Positions 36,321 to 46,244 of a stretch of DNA of 64,000 nucleotides are shown here, in pieces. A model generated the notes under the pieces. The model did no database searches. It saw only the letters and a list, made by a program, of their open reading frames with translations, and was not told the DNA's origin. The DNA comes from an uncultured Methanosarcinales archaeon (lineage in GTDB: Archaea > Nanobdellota > Nanobdellia > Woesearchaeales > ARS49), in the NCBI GenBank assembly GCA_964572035.1, contig CAZNDX010000002.1, positions 63,007 to 127,006 on the forward strand. The letters are read 5' to 3'. The translations under genes were made by a program, and so were the position numbers. Position 1 is the first letter of the stretch; the number at the start of each line of letters is the position of its first letter.

Positions 36321-37394
36321 TTATAGTAAATCCACAAGATTCGCAGCCCACAACATGCCCTCATCAGCACAATAAAATAACGTTTTAAATAGGTGCCCCG
36401 ACTCATTATACAACTCAAACAAGGTGCCATCCCTCTCGATCACAAAACGATAAGCTGAAGCATAATCTTCTGCTTTTTTTCTGTTGACTCTCTGAACCAA
36501 ACTGATAAATAGAGGACCCATATGAGACCAAACATTGTTCTGCTCCCAGCCGGAAACGAAGAAATCAAGCAAAATCATGTTTTCCTTGGCGCGATAGCCA
36601 AGATACTTCAAAGGAAAAGGACGGTCAAGACCGACTTTTTGAAGTTTGGAAACAACAGAACGAAGCATTTTTTTGTCTTTCACGACACCAGACCAAAAAG
36701 GAAACACGTTCGCATCGCCGGCAATATGCTTTCCGTTAAGCTCATCCTTAAAATATTCACCAGTCCAAAAATGTTTTTTTAAAATATTGGACCAATTTTT
36801 CTTTGGAACCTCAAAACCAAGCAGTTTCGCCTCTCTGGCCATCAAACCAACCATAACATTGTCATAACAGGAAGAAACGCGAACAGAATAATCACGCATT
36901 GATGAAAAATGAAGGGGACGCACCAAACCGGTTTCGTCAATAACGACCTTGAAAAATTTTTCAACCTCTTTTTGAAGAAAATCGCGATATTTAGTGACAA
37001 GAGATTTAGCATTTGAAACCCTTAACGCGTAAAACAACAAAGCGACAGAATCTGGCGAATAAACATCAGGAAAAGAAAAAGGAACACCTGACGGAGAAAT
37101 AGAGGTCTTAATTCCTGACTTTGAGAATTTTGAAAGAGCATAATCCAGAGTGAAGAGCACTTTCCCGCGATAACCAAGCTTCAGCAAAGCGTCAACGCTA
37201 AAACCAAAATCGCGGGACCAAAACTCACCATAATGCCCAACGCTATTGCGAAAATACACGCCGTTCCAGCATGCGTCAACAATCTGGACGCAAATATCTT
37301 TCGCCGAACCGGAAAAACGCCTAGGACCGGAAAACTTGCGAACAAAGGATTTTCTAAAATAACGCCAGCCCTCGGATAAATGAACAAAACGCAT
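36321..37394 (-). CDS. Putative (alpha/alpha)6-barrel glycoside hydrolase (GH15/GDE-C-like)
   Basis: A WSRDFGFSVDALL motif resembles the conserved W-x-RD-S/A segment of glucoamylase/GDE-type hydrolases. 357 aa. Weak call. Confidence 0.35.
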   Translation of the reverse strand: MRFVHLSEGWRYFRKSFVRKFSGPRRFSGSAKDICVQIVDACWNGVYFRNSVGHYGEFWSRDFGFSVDALLKLGYRGKVLFTLDYALSKFSKSGIKTSISPSGVPFSFPDVYSPDSVALLFYALRVSNAKSLVTKYRDFLQKEVEKFFKVVIDETGLVRPLHFSSMRDYSVRVSSCYDNVMVGLMAREAKLLGFEVPKKNWSNILKKHFWTGEYFKDELNGKHIAGDANVFPFWSGVVKDKKMLRSVVSKLQKVGLDRPFPLKYLGYRAKENMILLDFFVSGWEQNNVWSHMGPLFISLVQRVNRKKAEDYASAYRFVIERDGTLFELYNESGHLFKTLFYCADEGMLWAANLVDLL

Positions 37395-37456
37395 ATTTCA
37401 AGTTAACAACACTGAGAATAAAAGGTTTACCGCTGCAGCGCTGATTAAGTAAAAAA

Positions 37457-37540
37457 CGCGGCCACCCGGATTTGAACCGGGAAACCCTTGCGGGAAACGG
37501 TTTTCAAGACCGTCGCAGTACCGGATTGTGCCATGGCCGC
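37457..37540 (-). tRNA. tRNA-Ser (anticodon TGA), no intron
   Basis: 84 nt. Acceptor stem GCGGCCA/UGGCCGC, discriminator G. Anticodon stem-loop ACGGU-CUUGAAA-ACCGU. Long variable arm UUCCCGCAAGGGUUU. T-arm CCCGGUUCAAAUCCGGG. D-arm nearly identical to that of tRNA-Ser(GGA). Confidence 0.85.
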
Positions 37541-37627
37541 ATTGATATGTTTGCGTCGTCTCAACACCTTTTTAAAACTTACTTAAAAACATAACAAATA
37601 TAAGATAAAACAATCAAATAAAATATA

Positions 37628-38149
37628 ATGCAAAAAAAGAGCGTGAATTACCTAAAAATCATAGGATACATCGCCCTGCTAATTATAGCAGGATACATAG
37701 CTTACTCTGTCTGGTATTATTTGGCAAACGTCGAAGAAGTCGAATCTTTCCAAGTCTGCTACGAAGATCACTGCGTTAAAACATTCCACATTCATTATTA
37801 CTTGAATTTTGATATATGCGGCAAAGACATCAGCCTGCCAAAAGAACACGGGCCACTTGACGGACCACATACCCATAAAGAATACAATTACATACACTTC
37901 CACGAAAGACTTCCGTACGATCCAAACACTCACGAACTTTTAGACGTAAAACCCTTAGTAGTTTCAGAAACAATGAAACATTTTGATATTCTCTTCAACG
38001 AATCGTGCATTGGAGATTACTGCAATGGAGATTTGTGTCCAAACGGAAAGCCCGGACAAGTAAAACTGCTTGTTAACGGAGAAGAAAATCCTGAATTTGA
38101 AAAATACGTATGGAATGATGAGGAAAAAGTATTAATATCATTTAACTAA
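37628..38149 (+). CDS. Membrane-anchored His/Cys-rich protein (possible metal-binding)
   Basis: One N-terminal TM, then CYEDHC, HIHYY, HTHKEYNYIHFHE and CIGDYCNGDLC motifs. Confidence 0.45.
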   Translation: MQKKSVNYLKIIGYIALLIIAGYIAYSVWYYLANVEEVESFQVCYEDHCVKTFHIHYYLNFDICGKDISLPKEHGPLDGPHTHKEYNYIHFHERLPYDPNTHELLDVKPLVVSETMKHFDILFNESCIGDYCNGDLCPNGKPGQVKLLVNGEENPEFEKYVWNDEEKVLISFN

Positions 38150-38172
38150 TACATCCATAAAAAGAGGAGAAT

Positions 38173-38232
38173 ATGGAAAAGAAAAAGAAGAAAAAGGGCG
38201 AACCTGAAAAGAACGTCTGCGAGTTCTGCTAA
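38173..38232 (+). CDS. Possible micro-ORF (19 aa, MEKKKKKKGEPEKNVCEFC) with a strong Shine-Dalgarno sequence
   Basis: AAGAGGAG lies 6 nt upstream of the ATG. The ORF has a poly-Lys tract then a C-terminal CxxC. It ends 2 nt before the next gene. Confidence 0.2.
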   Translation: MEKKKKKKGEPEKNVCEFC

Positions 38233-38234
38233 AA

Positions 38235-39032
38235 ATGGCGGACATAAACCTTCCAATAGTAATAGGCGCAGCCTTAATAGACGGGATTAATCCCTGCGCT
38301 TTTGGAGTTCTAATATTTCTTCTAGCATACCTTGCGAAAACCGCCTCAAAAACAAAAATGCTCATCAACGGGCTAATCTACATATTCTTCGTATTCCTGA
38401 CATACCTTGTTTGCGGACTTATATTACTGCCAATAATAAGGTCCTTATCTGAATTTTCAGTTGTAAGCTATTATGTTTTGGCGGGAGTTGTGGCTGCCGC
38501 AGGATTAATTGAGATTAAGGATTACTTTTGGTACGGAAAAGGATTTTCTTTGTCAATATTTCCTTCAGAAGCTCAAAGAATTAAAAAATATGTCACAAAT
38601 GTAACCGACAGCCCGTTCACGGCAGCGTTCTTGGGAACATTTGTCGCGCTTGTTGAACTTCCCTGCACAGGAGCAGTGTATCTCGCGGTTCTCGCCTTAA
38701 TGAGCATGGCGGGAGTCACAGTTGACAACGTAGTTTTGCTGGTGATTTACAACTTAATTTTTGTCTTGCCGCTCGCAGTAATATTGATACTCGTCTATAA
38801 AGGAATGCACTGGAAAAACTTTGAAAAATGGAGAGAACAACACAAAGGACTTATGCGACTCGCGGCAGGAGCATTGCTTCTAGTACTCGCGTTCTGGATG
38901 GTTGAATTCACAATGGCGGAAAGCATACAAGTTCCAAAACTAACAATGATGTTTGTCGGCGGACTTGTAATCGTCATATCTTTGCTTGTTCTTCTAAAAC
39001 ACATAATCGAGAGAAAACATGCAATTAAGTAG
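38235..39032 (+). CDS. DsbD_2-like transmembrane thiol-disulfide transporter family protein
   Basis: 265 aa with 6-8 TM helices, and conserved Cys in TM1 (DGINPCAFG) and a later TM (ELPCTGAVY), as in the CcdA/DsbD_2 family. Confidence 0.5.
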   Translation: MADINLPIVIGAALIDGINPCAFGVLIFLLAYLAKTASKTKMLINGLIYIFFVFLTYLVCGLILLPIIRSLSEFSVVSYYVLAGVVAAAGLIEIKDYFWYGKGFSLSIFPSEAQRIKKYVTNVTDSPFTAAFLGTFVALVELPCTGAVYLAVLALMSMAGVTVDNVVLLVIYNLIFVLPLAVILILVYKGMHWKNFEKWREQHKGLMRLAAGALLLVLAFWMVEFTMAESIQVPKLTMMFVGGLVIVISLLVLLKHIIERKHAIK

Positions 39033-39339
39033 ACAAAAATGCAAACCTTGCGAGGGAGGAGTTCCGCCTCTTAATCGAGCAGATGTTAAAAAAATGCTGC
39101 CCAAAGTCAAAGGGTGGACTTTGGTAAAAGGCAAACTCAGTAGAGATTTCAAGTTCGAAGATTTTAAACAAGCTCTAAAATGGGTGAATAGAGTCGGCGC
39201 GTTGGCTGAAAAAGAAGGACATCATCCAGATATATGCTGGTTTTATAACAAAATCAATTTGGTTCTGTATACGCACGCGATTGGCGGACTTTCTTGGAAT
39301 GACTTTATTTTAGCCGCCAAAATAAACCAAATCAAATAA
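39019..39339 (+). CDS. Pterin-4a-carbinolamine dehydratase (PCD/DCoH)
   Basis: The [EDKH]-x(3)-H-[HN]-P motif region EGHHPDI. N-terminus has CKPCEGG. 106 aa. Confidence 0.7.
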   Translation: MQLSRQKCKPCEGGVPPLNRADVKKMLPKVKGWTLVKGKLSRDFKFEDFKQALKWVNRVGALAEKEGHHPDICWFYNKINLVLYTHAIGGLSWNDFILAAKINQIK

Positions 39340-39859
39340 AATCACGACGAGAAACTTTAAAATCCTTCAAAAACGCTATAACTCTCTCAAACAAAGGATG
39401 GAGCTTTGCGCTTTTACTTTCAAGCTCTTTGTTTACTTTAGACATCTGCCAAAATTCGCCCTTAACGACCTCATCCTTGTCCAACTTTATATCTCCACGA
39501 AAATCCTTGAAGGCGAACAAAGTAACCCACATACGCTCGCCACTCTCGTGAATGCCAAACTTAAGAACCTCTTCCAATTTTGAAGGCGTGGTGTTAATCC
39601 CGAGCTCTTCCCTTAACTCTCTAACTGCTGCGTGAGAAGGAAGCTCGCCGGCAAGCACGTGACCTGACAGAGAAGCCTCATAACAATCAGGAAACATATC
39701 TTTATTTTTTGAGCGAAGCTGGACGAATAATTCTCCATTAGAATTAAACACACAAACAACAACGCCGCGGTGAAGCAAATTCTTTTCATGCGCCTCGTGC
39801 CTCGACGCCTTGCCAATAATTTCATCGTGTTCGTTCACAATGTCGACGAATTCGGTCAT
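39332..39859 (-). CDS. NUDIX hydrolase
   Basis: Nudix box GHVLAGELPSHAAVRELREELGI. 175 aa. Confidence 0.8.
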   Translation of the reverse strand: MTEFVDIVNEHDEIIGKASRHEAHEKNLLHRGVVVCVFNSNGELFVQLRSKNKDMFPDCYEASLSGHVLAGELPSHAAVRELREELGINTTPSKLEEVLKFGIHESGERMWVTLFAFKDFRGDIKLDKDEVVKGEFWQMSKVNKELESKSAKLHPLFERVIAFLKDFKVSRRDFI

Positions 39860-39925
39860 AGGTTTTAGAACAAAAGAATGGTATAAAAGGGTTTTGGAGA
39901 AGATTTAGAAAAATTAAGTGACGTT

Positions 39926-40237
39926 TTATACGTCAATCATTTCAATTTCAATATTAAGTCCTTCCGGAATAGGAACTCTCATAACCAATCGAAGGGCTCT
40001 TTCATCAAGGCCAAGGTCAATCATTCGCTTGTGAACACGCATCTCGTAGCGTTCCCAAGTCGCGCTGCCACGGCCACAAGGCGCTTTTCTAGTCGCGATT
40101 TTCATACGCTTAGTAGGAAGAGGAATAGGACCACGCATTTCAACACCGGTCTTGTCAGAAATATCTTTAATGAAAGCACACGTTTGGTTGAGCTTGTCGA
40201 TGTCGACACTCGCCAGTTTTATTCTCGCTTTTTGCAT
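39926..40237 (-). CDS. rps10: 30S ribosomal protein S10
   Basis: 103 aa ([20 protein letters not shown]...[12 protein letters not shown]...VHKRMIDL) aligns with archaeal S10. Lies immediately downstream of aEF-1alpha, as in the conserved gene order. Confidence 0.9.
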   Translation of the reverse strand: MQKARIKLASVDIDKLNQTCAFIKDISDKTGVEMRGPIPLPTKRMKIATRKAPCGRGSATWERYEMRVHKRMIDLGLDERALRLVMRVPIPEGLNIEIEMIDV

Positions 40238-40314
40238 GGTTGTGGCAAACTTTCACCGTTAAATTGAAAGTTCGTTTCTTCGTTGTGAATTAATTAAAAT
40301 GAAAATAAAAAAAT

Positions 40315-41592
40315 TTATTTCTTTACCAAGTCGATGCACATACCGACCGCGACAGTGTTACCTGAGTCACGGACCGCGAAACGACCTAGAGGCGGGAACT
40401 CTTTGACTTTTTCAATGCAGAGCGGCTGTATTGGGCGGATCTTTACGATGCACGCGTCGCCGTTCTTCACGAAGTCAGGGTTTTCAGCCATAACTTCACC
40501 AGTCATTGGGTTTAGCTTCTTGGTGATTTCTGTAATCTGACACGCAACTTGCGCTGTGTGGATGTGGAACACTGGAGTGTAGCCAACAGTCACAACGGTT
40601 GGGTGGTTCATGATGATAAGCTGGGCAGTGAACTCAGTCGCCACAGTTGGCGGGTTGTCCGCTGGACCAACAACGTCACCACGCGCGATGTCTTTCTTTT
40701 CAACACCACGGACGTTGAAACCAACGTTGTCACCAGGCTCAGCTTCTTGGAACTGTTCGTGGTGCATCTCAACGGTCTTAACTTCGCCAGTCACTCCGCT
40801 ACCGGTTGGACCTGGCATGAAGATAATCTTTTGACCGACTTTGAGAATACCGGTTTCAACTTTACCTACTGGAACAACACCGATACCGGTGATGTTGTAG
40901 ACGTCCTGAATAGGCAATCTTAGAGGCAAGTTTGTTGGCTTTACTGGAGCTTTCAAGTTGTCAAGCGCTTCAAGGAGTGTTGGACCAGTGTACCATGGCA
41001 TTTTTCCAAGCTTCTTAACAACGTTCTCTCCTGGGAAAGACGCAATAGGAACAACTTGGACTTCATCCAATTTCCAACCGTAACCTTTGCACATGTCCTG
41101 AGCCTGTTTCTTTTGGGCTTCGAACTTCGCCTGGTCATAGTTGTTCAAGTCCTGCTTGTTACATGCGATAATAAGCTGTTGAACACCCAAAGTTTTACAC
41201 AAAAGCGCGTGCTCACGAGTTTGCGCCTGGACACCCTCAGAACCAACGACAAGAACTGCCGCGTCTGCTTGTGATGCTCCGGTGATCATGTTCTTAATGA
41301 AGTCACGGTGACCTGGGGCGTCGATAATGGTGAAGTCGTACTTTTGAGTTGAGAACTTCTTGTGAGAGAGGTCGATTGTGATACCACGCTCTTGCTCTTC
41401 CTTCAAAGAGTCCATGACGAACGCGAATTCGAAACCCGCTTTACCAAGCTCCTTCGCTTTTTCCTGAAGCTTTCTCATTGTTTGCTCGTCAACTGTACCT
41501 GCGTCGAATAGAAGGCGACCTACAGTGGTTGATTTACCGTGGTCAACGTGACCGACGAATACGATGTTCAAGTGTGGTTTTGCTCTTGCCAT
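40315..41592 (-). CDS. tuf: Translation elongation factor aEF-1alpha
   Basis: [22 protein letters not shown]-domain motifs. 425 aa. Preceded by GGAGG and a TATA element. Confidence 0.95.
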   Translation of the reverse strand: MARAKPHLNIVFVGHVDHGKSTTVGRLLFDAGTVDEQTMRKLQEKAKELGKAGFEFAFVMDSLKEEQERGITIDLSHKKFSTQKYDFTIIDAPGHRDFIKNMITGASQADAAVLVVGSEGVQAQTREHALLCKTLGVQQLIIACNKQDLNNYDQAKFEAQKKQAQDMCKGYGWKLDEVQVVPIASFPGENVVKKLGKMPWYTGPTLLEALDNLKAPVKPTNLPLRLPIQDVYNITGIGVVPVGKVETGILKVGQKIIFMPGPTGSGVTGEVKTVEMHHEQFQEAEPGDNVGFNVRGVEKKDIARGDVVGPADNPPTVATEFTAQLIIMNHPTVVTVGYTPVFHIHTAQVACQITEITKKLNPMTGEVMAENPDFVKNGDACIVKIRPIQPLCIEKVKEFPPLGRFAVRDSGNTVAVGMCIDLVKK

Positions 41593-41646
41593 ATGTTAAT
41601 ACCCCTCCTTCATTGAGTATAAGTTAAGTCTTACGACAAAGGGGGT

Positions 41647-41657
41647 GGTTTATAAAC
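41647..41657 (-). promoter_or_regulatory. TATA element (GGTTTATAAAC) upstream of aEF-1alpha
   Basis: About 58 nt upstream of the tuf ATG, with GGAGG between. Confidence 0.45.
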
Positions 41658-41748
41658 GTTGCGGTTTTTAAGCCTCCTCGGAGCGCCCTTTTAACTACCG
41701 ACTGTTAACAGCAAAACTTTAAGAAATATTGGGGGCGGTTTTTCTTTA

Positions 41749-42135
41749 ATGAAAGAGGTGATTGCGGTGGGAACGCTATTAATAGTGTTATTGGCGCAAA
41801 CAGCGAACGCGCAAGTATCTCCTTACGCAAACAGACTGCTTCTTCCCCACATTTATCCCGGACAAACCATAACCAGCACGGACAACTGGCAAATGGAGCA
41901 TCTCAGCGTCAAGTCGAGCACGGTTCGCTGGACGGAAAACGGAGCATATTCGATAAATGTTGATAAAATACATCTTGACAGAAAAAGTTATACTTTGTTG
42001 ATAAGGGGCAGGCAGGGACCGGAAATAAGATTTATTCCTTTTACAGAAACAGAGCTCGTTCTGGGAAATCAAACTTACAAAATAAGTTATCATAAAAAAA
42101 CATACAAAATCTGGTTATCGTTGTATCCGAATTGA
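41749..42135 (+). CDS. Secreted hypothetical protein
   Basis: Signal peptide (LIVLLAQTANAQ). 128 aa. Sits between the aEF-2 and aEF-1alpha genes on the opposite strand. Confidence 0.4.
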   Translation: MKEVIAVGTLLIVLLAQTANAQVSPYANRLLLPHIYPGQTITSTDNWQMEHLSVKSSTVRWTENGAYSINVDKIHLDRKSYTLLIRGRQGPEIRFIPFTETELVLGNQTYKISYHKKTYKIWLSLYPN

Positions 42136-42175
42136 TTTTTGGAAACTTCAAAAAAATTAGAAAAAAAATTAAAAA

Positions 42176-44371
42176 TTACGCGCCAAGTTGACCCGCTGTC
42201 AATCCTTTTCTCTGAACAATCGCGCCAATAACTCTTGGCTGCAACTCAGCAGGACACTTCTCGAAAGTCTGGTCGGCAAGCGAGGAAATACCACGGCCGG
42301 CAGTCGCTGAACGAAGGTCAGAAGACCAACCCAACATTTCCGCAACAGGCAACTTCGCTTTGACAATCGTGTTGTTTCCTTCCTGAGTCAACTCAAGAAC
42401 TTGCCCACGCTTGTTCATAACAAGCTTAGTTAGTTCTCCAGTAAATTCGACAGGCCCTTCAATCACGTGAATCTGGACTGGCTCGTACATAACAGGAGCT
42501 GCGTCCATCATGGCCACTCTGATACCTTCTCTAATACCTGGGTAAACCTGCGCAGGACCTCGGTGAATCGCGTCTTCGTGCAATTTCGCGTCAACCAAAG
42601 TAACTTTGATTCCAACACAAGGCTCACGAGCAAGCGGACCCTGATCCATAACCTGCTGGAAACCGTCCAAAATAAGCTCGATACATTCAGGCAACTGAAC
42701 AATACCACGAGTCACGTCAAGGAACAAGTTTCCATTGTAAATCTGCTTGACTGAAAGAGCAGTGTCGTTATCCCAACCGACAGCAACAAGCTTGTCACGC
42801 AACGCGAGGTCACGCTTTTTGACGCGACCCTCGCTAATTTCTCCTTTTCTGATAAGGTCTGTAACTGCAGGCTCAAGAGGCTCAACAGTAAAGTAAAACT
42901 TGTTGTGCTTGTTTGGAGTCTTACCTTCCGCCAAATTTGACTTTCTGGTTACAGTTTCCCTGTAAACAACAATTGGCGGAGAAGTCTGAATCTCAACACC
43001 CTTCTCGGTAATTATACGGTTCTCGATAATTTCCAAGTGCAATTCTCCCATTCCGTGCAGCAAGTTCTCTCCAGTTTCCTGATTAATCTCGATTTTAACT
43101 GAAGGGTCCTCCTTGGCGACTTTCTTCAAAACTTCAACAAGCTTTGACAAGTCTTGAGGCTTTTTCGGCTTGATGGATTTGGTAATAACCGGCTCGAAAA
43201 TATGCTTCAATTCTTCAAACGGTTGCTGAGGATTCAAAGTGATGGTTTCTCCCGCGTTGCCAGAAATTCCAGCAATAGCAAGAACGTTTCCGGAAGGAAC
43301 ATCCTCGAAAATTTCCGGCTTAATACCTTGGTACATAAACACTGTCGCGACACGCTGTTTTTGGTTCGCGTTGTTCAAATGAACAGTAACTCCTTCCCGC
43401 ATTGTACCGCTGTAAAGACGGCCCGCGCTAATCTCACGACCTGACTTAGGGTCGATAAGAATACGGGTAATAACGAAAGCAGGCTCACCGGCAGGATTAC
43501 AATTCAACAAATCCTTGCCAAACTGCGACTCCAAATCGCCATGCCAGATTTTCGGAATACGATACTTCTGAGCTTCCTTAGGGTTTGGCAAATGCTTAAT
43601 GACCATATCTAAAATGACGTCGTGAAGCGGACATTTTTCCCAAACAAATTTCTCACGTTCCTCATCTTGAAGCTCGTAAATTTTCAAAATATCCTTGAAG
43701 TTAACTCCCTTCTTTTGCATGTAAGGCAAACTCAACGCCCAGTTGTCACGCGCTGAACCAAACGCAACGCTTCCATCCTGAATGTTGACCTTCCACTTCT
43801 GCGCGAACTCGCTCTCGGCAATCTGCTCAAGCAAGGTGTTGAATTGCGCGATAATCTCGATAAAACGCTTCTGCATCTGCTCAGGAGTGTACTGCATCTC
43901 CTTGATAAGACGGTCAACCTTGTTGATGAACAAAACCGGCTTGACACGCTCTCTCAAAGCCTGCTTCATAACGGTTTCAGTCTGCGGCATAATTCCCTCA
44001 GATGCGCAAACAAGAACCACAGTGCCGTCAATAGCCCTCATAGCTCTAGTGACGTTACCACCAAAGTCAACGTGACCAGGAGTATCGATAAGGTTAATTA
44101 GATAGTCAGCGCCTTCAAACTTGTGAACCATAGAAACGTTCGCTGCGTCAACAGTCATCAAACGCTCCTGCTCGTCAGCGTGCTGCCAAGTCGCCATACC
44201 TTTATCCAACTCTCCTGCTGCAGCTTCGGACATAAATCCCGCGGCAGCAAGCAAGTTGTCAGTAAAAGCAGTTTTACCGTGGTGGATGTGAGCAGACGTA
44301 GCAATATTTCTAATCTTAGTCTGGTCGTGAGACATCTTTTTCATCAATGCAATTCTTTCTTCGCTAGCCAT
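42176..44371 (-). CDS. fusA: Translation elongation factor aEF-2
   Basis: 731 aa. GTPase motifs AHIHHGKT, DTPGHVDF, NKVD. Domain IV region with the diphthamide His context typical of archaeal/eukaryal EF-2. Confidence 0.95.
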   Translation of the reverse strand: MASEERIALMKKMSHDQTKIRNIATSAHIHHGKTAFTDNLLAAAGFMSEAAAGELDKGMATWQHADEQERLMTVDAANVSMVHKFEGADYLINLIDTPGHVDFGGNVTRAMRAIDGTVVLVCASEGIMPQTETVMKQALRERVKPVLFINKVDRLIKEMQYTPEQMQKRFIEIIAQFNTLLEQIAESEFAQKWKVNIQDGSVAFGSARDNWALSLPYMQKKGVNFKDILKIYELQDEEREKFVWEKCPLHDVILDMVIKHLPNPKEAQKYRIPKIWHGDLESQFGKDLLNCNPAGEPAFVITRILIDPKSGREISAGRLYSGTMREGVTVHLNNANQKQRVATVFMYQGIKPEIFEDVPSGNVLAIAGISGNAGETITLNPQQPFEELKHIFEPVITKSIKPKKPQDLSKLVEVLKKVAKEDPSVKIEINQETGENLLHGMGELHLEIIENRIITEKGVEIQTSPPIVVYRETVTRKSNLAEGKTPNKHNKFYFTVEPLEPAVTDLIRKGEISEGRVKKRDLALRDKLVAVGWDNDTALSVKQIYNGNLFLDVTRGIVQLPECIELILDGFQQVMDQGPLAREPCVGIKVTLVDAKLHEDAIHRGPAQVYPGIREGIRVAMMDAAPVMYEPVQIHVIEGPVEFTGELTKLVMNKRGQVLELTQEGNNTIVKAKLPVAEMLGWSSDLRSATAGRGISSLADQTFEKCPAELQPRVIGAIVQRKGLTAGQLGA

Positions 44372-44384
44372 TTTTCATAACCTC

Positions 44385-44753
44385 TCAGTTCGTGTATTTG
44401 CCGTCGTGACCGCCCGCCGCGACATTCGCGTGATTGCCCTTCACCTTATCAACAGGGAATCTTTTTTCAAATTCCTCCATTGTCTTTTGAAGCGCATTTT
44501 CTGCGTTCACATCGGATAAATATGACATCTTAAGAACAAGATACTGAAGCTGGCCGATAAAATCAGCCCACTCCTCCTTGTTCTTTTGAATCAGTTCCAA
44601 AGACTTTGTTTCTGGAACCCATTTGATAATATTTCTCGCCTCGCCAACTTCCTCAACAACATTCAGGAGCAAATCCTTGAAATGAGGAGTGCTCCACATT
44701 CTTTTGTCATTGAACTCCTTGACGCTGTTTTGCAAATCGGTAAGCGATTTCAT
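44385..44753 (-). CDS. MazG-like nucleotide pyrophosphohydrolase domain protein
   Basis: 122 aa, all-alpha, with EExGE-type motif (LLNVVEEVGEA) and a second acidic helix (MEEFEKRF). Confidence 0.55.
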   Translation of the reverse strand: MKSLTDLQNSVKEFNDKRMWSTPHFKDLLLNVVEEVGEARNIIKWVPETKSLELIQKNKEEWADFIGQLQYLVLKMSYLSDVNAENALQKTMEEFEKRFPVDKVKGNHANVAAGGHDGKYTN

Positions 44754-45322
44754 TTTTTGCGATAAAGCAAAGCCTCATCAACACGCTGGTAAGGATACAA
44801 TTCGCTGTCCTTAAACCAGATTTTGATTTCCTTCTTCGCTGACTCAACAGAGTCGGAAGCGTGAATCAAATTTTGAATTGGACGGCCGCTCACATCTGAA
44901 AGTCCGTAGCTGTCAAAAGCGAAATCCCCTCTGATGGTTCCAGGCATCGCCTTGTTTGGAGCTGTGTCTCCAACCATCAAACGAATTTTGCCAATAACGT
45001 CGTGACCTTCAATCACAAGAGCCACTGTAGGCGACATGGTAATGAAGTCAATAAGCATTTGGCGAACACGCTTCCCTACGGTTAACGCATCATCAGCAAT
45101 TGGCTGACCCTTAGCTTCGTAAGACTTTTTGGTTTTCTCGCCGACTGACTTCAGCCACGCCTCATCATCAGCGTAGTGAGAGCCCGCCTGATCTTTTGAA
45201 GCGTGAACAAGCTTCATTCCGATAATTTTGAAACCGGTTCTTTCAAAACGGGACAAAATCTCGCCAACAAGGGCGCGCTGAACAGCGTCAGGCTTCAACA
45301 AAACAAGAGTTCTGTCGATCAT
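44750..45322 (-). CDS. ndk: Nucleoside diphosphate kinase with internal insertion
   Basis: TLVLLKPDAV, a catalytic His region (NLIHASDS), and a ~40-aa insertion relative to ~150-aa canonical NDKs. Confidence 0.8.
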   Translation of the reverse strand: MIDRTLVLLKPDAVQRALVGEILSRFERTGFKIIGMKLVHASKDQAGSHYADDEAWLKSVGEKTKKSYEAKGQPIADDALTVGKRVRQMLIDFITMSPTVALVIEGHDVIGKIRLMVGDTAPNKAMPGTIRGDFAFDSYGLSDVSGRPIQNLIHASDSVESAKKEIKIWFKDSELYPYQRVDEALLYRKK

Positions 45323-45507
45323 CGCTTCTTCTGCTCCCCTTTCTCAAAGTGCTTAGTCCACTTAACGTAACGAGGATTGCGCTTAAGCTTCAGGAAATTC
45401 GTCATTGACTTCTTGTCCGCGAACCACAAAATAGTCCCATCATTCTTGACGTACATAATTCCGGTTCCCGGCTCGATCTTTTGACCGCTAAAACTGCATT
45501 TCGCCAT
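45319..45507 (-). CDS. rpl24e: 50S ribosomal protein L24e
   Basis: A zinc-binding N-terminus is expected. The translation CSFSGQKIEPGTGIMYVKNDGTILWF matches L24e. Confidence 0.85.
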   Translation of the reverse strand: MAKCSFSGQKIEPGTGIMYVKNDGTILWFADKKSMTNFLKLKRNPRYVKWTKHFEKGEQKKR

Positions 45508-45509
45508 TT

Positions 45510-45845
45510 TTAGTTGCCTCCGCCGCCTCTACCGCCGCCACCTCTGTGGAGCGGGCGAGCTTCGATTTCGGTTTCTCTCAACATCAAGATGTCGTCGATT
45601 TGAATCGGACCTTTGACGTTTCTTCGAAGAACTTTATCTTTGTCTCTGCCGTCAAGAACACGGCATCTAACCTGAATGGCCTCTCCTCTAGTCCCGGTTC
45701 TGCCGATTATTTCCTCGACCTTCGCCGGAACAGCGAAAGAGAACTTAGTCTGACCTTCAGACTTAGGCTGTTGGACAGCATCCTGCTTTTTGCCCTCGGG
45801 CTTCCCTTCAGGCGCTTTCTTTTTCTCTTCAGCCATGATTCTCAA
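45510..45845 (-). CDS. rps28e: 30S ribosomal protein S28e with Lys-rich N-terminal and Gly/Arg-rich C-terminal extensions
   Basis: Core [26 protein letters not shown]...[15 protein letters not shown] matches S28e. The C-terminal tail is [11 protein letters not shown]. Confidence 0.85.
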   Translation of the reverse strand: MRIMAEEKKKAPEGKPEGKKQDAVQQPKSEGQTKFSFAVPAKVEEIIGRTGTRGEAIQVRCRVLDGRDKDKVLRRNVKGPIQIDDILMLRETEIEARPLHRGGGGRGGGGN

Positions 45846-46162
45846 CCCTGAGTCTTGAGCTCTTCAACAATTTTCTTCGCGTCGCCTTCAGCGATAACGG
45901 CAACAGCGCTGGTAGGAACCGCAAGACCTGCAGCGGCTCCAAGCTCCTCCTTAGTTCCAACTTGGAAGCAAGGGATTCCCTTTTCCTTCGCAAGAACTGT
46001 CAAGTGAACAGTAATTTCCTTAGGAGTAACGTCGCTAGCGAACGCAACCAACTTGGCGGTACCGCGCTCAAGCGCCTTAGTCGCCTCATTAACTCCCTTC
46101 TTTACTTTTCCAGTGTTTTTAGCAACTTCAACTGCTTCCAAAACTTTTTGCACATCTGCCAT
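45842..46162 (-). CDS. rpl7ae: 50S ribosomal protein L7Ae (K-turn binding)
   Basis: 106 aa ([31 protein letters not shown]...VPTSAVAVI) is a classic L7Ae/L30e-fold protein. Confidence 0.9.
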   Translation of the reverse strand: MADVQKVLEAVEVAKNTGKVKKGVNEATKALERGTAKLVAFASDVTPKEITVHLTVLAKEKGIPCFQVGTKEELGAAAGLAVPTSAVAVIAEGDAKKIVEELKTQG

Positions 46163-46186
46163 ATGATAATCCTCCGGAGAACGTTA

Positions 46187-46225
46187 GTCCCCTCATTCAG
46201 CCCGCCTAAAGACGAGCGTCATCAA
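46187..46225 (-). promoter_or_regulatory. Putative K-turn (C/D-box-like UGAUGA ... CUGA) in the L7Ae 5' UTR
   Basis: Minus-strand RNA between the TATA box (46248-46255) and the L7Ae ATG contains AUUGAUGACG and GGCUGAAUG, which can form tandem sheared G-A pairs. Confidence 0.4.
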
Positions 46226-46244
46226 TCATAGGTTAATAAGAAGA

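Noticed and set aside
38138-38368. 76-aa minus-strand ORF
   Set aside because: It is antisense to the micro-ORF/DsbD_2-like gene start and to the end of the 37628-38149 gene. It has no signals.
42467-44380. Several 60-100-aa ORFs on both strands inside the aEF-2 and aEF-1alpha genes
   Set aside because: They are embedded in highly conserved elongation-factor genes and are frame artefacts.
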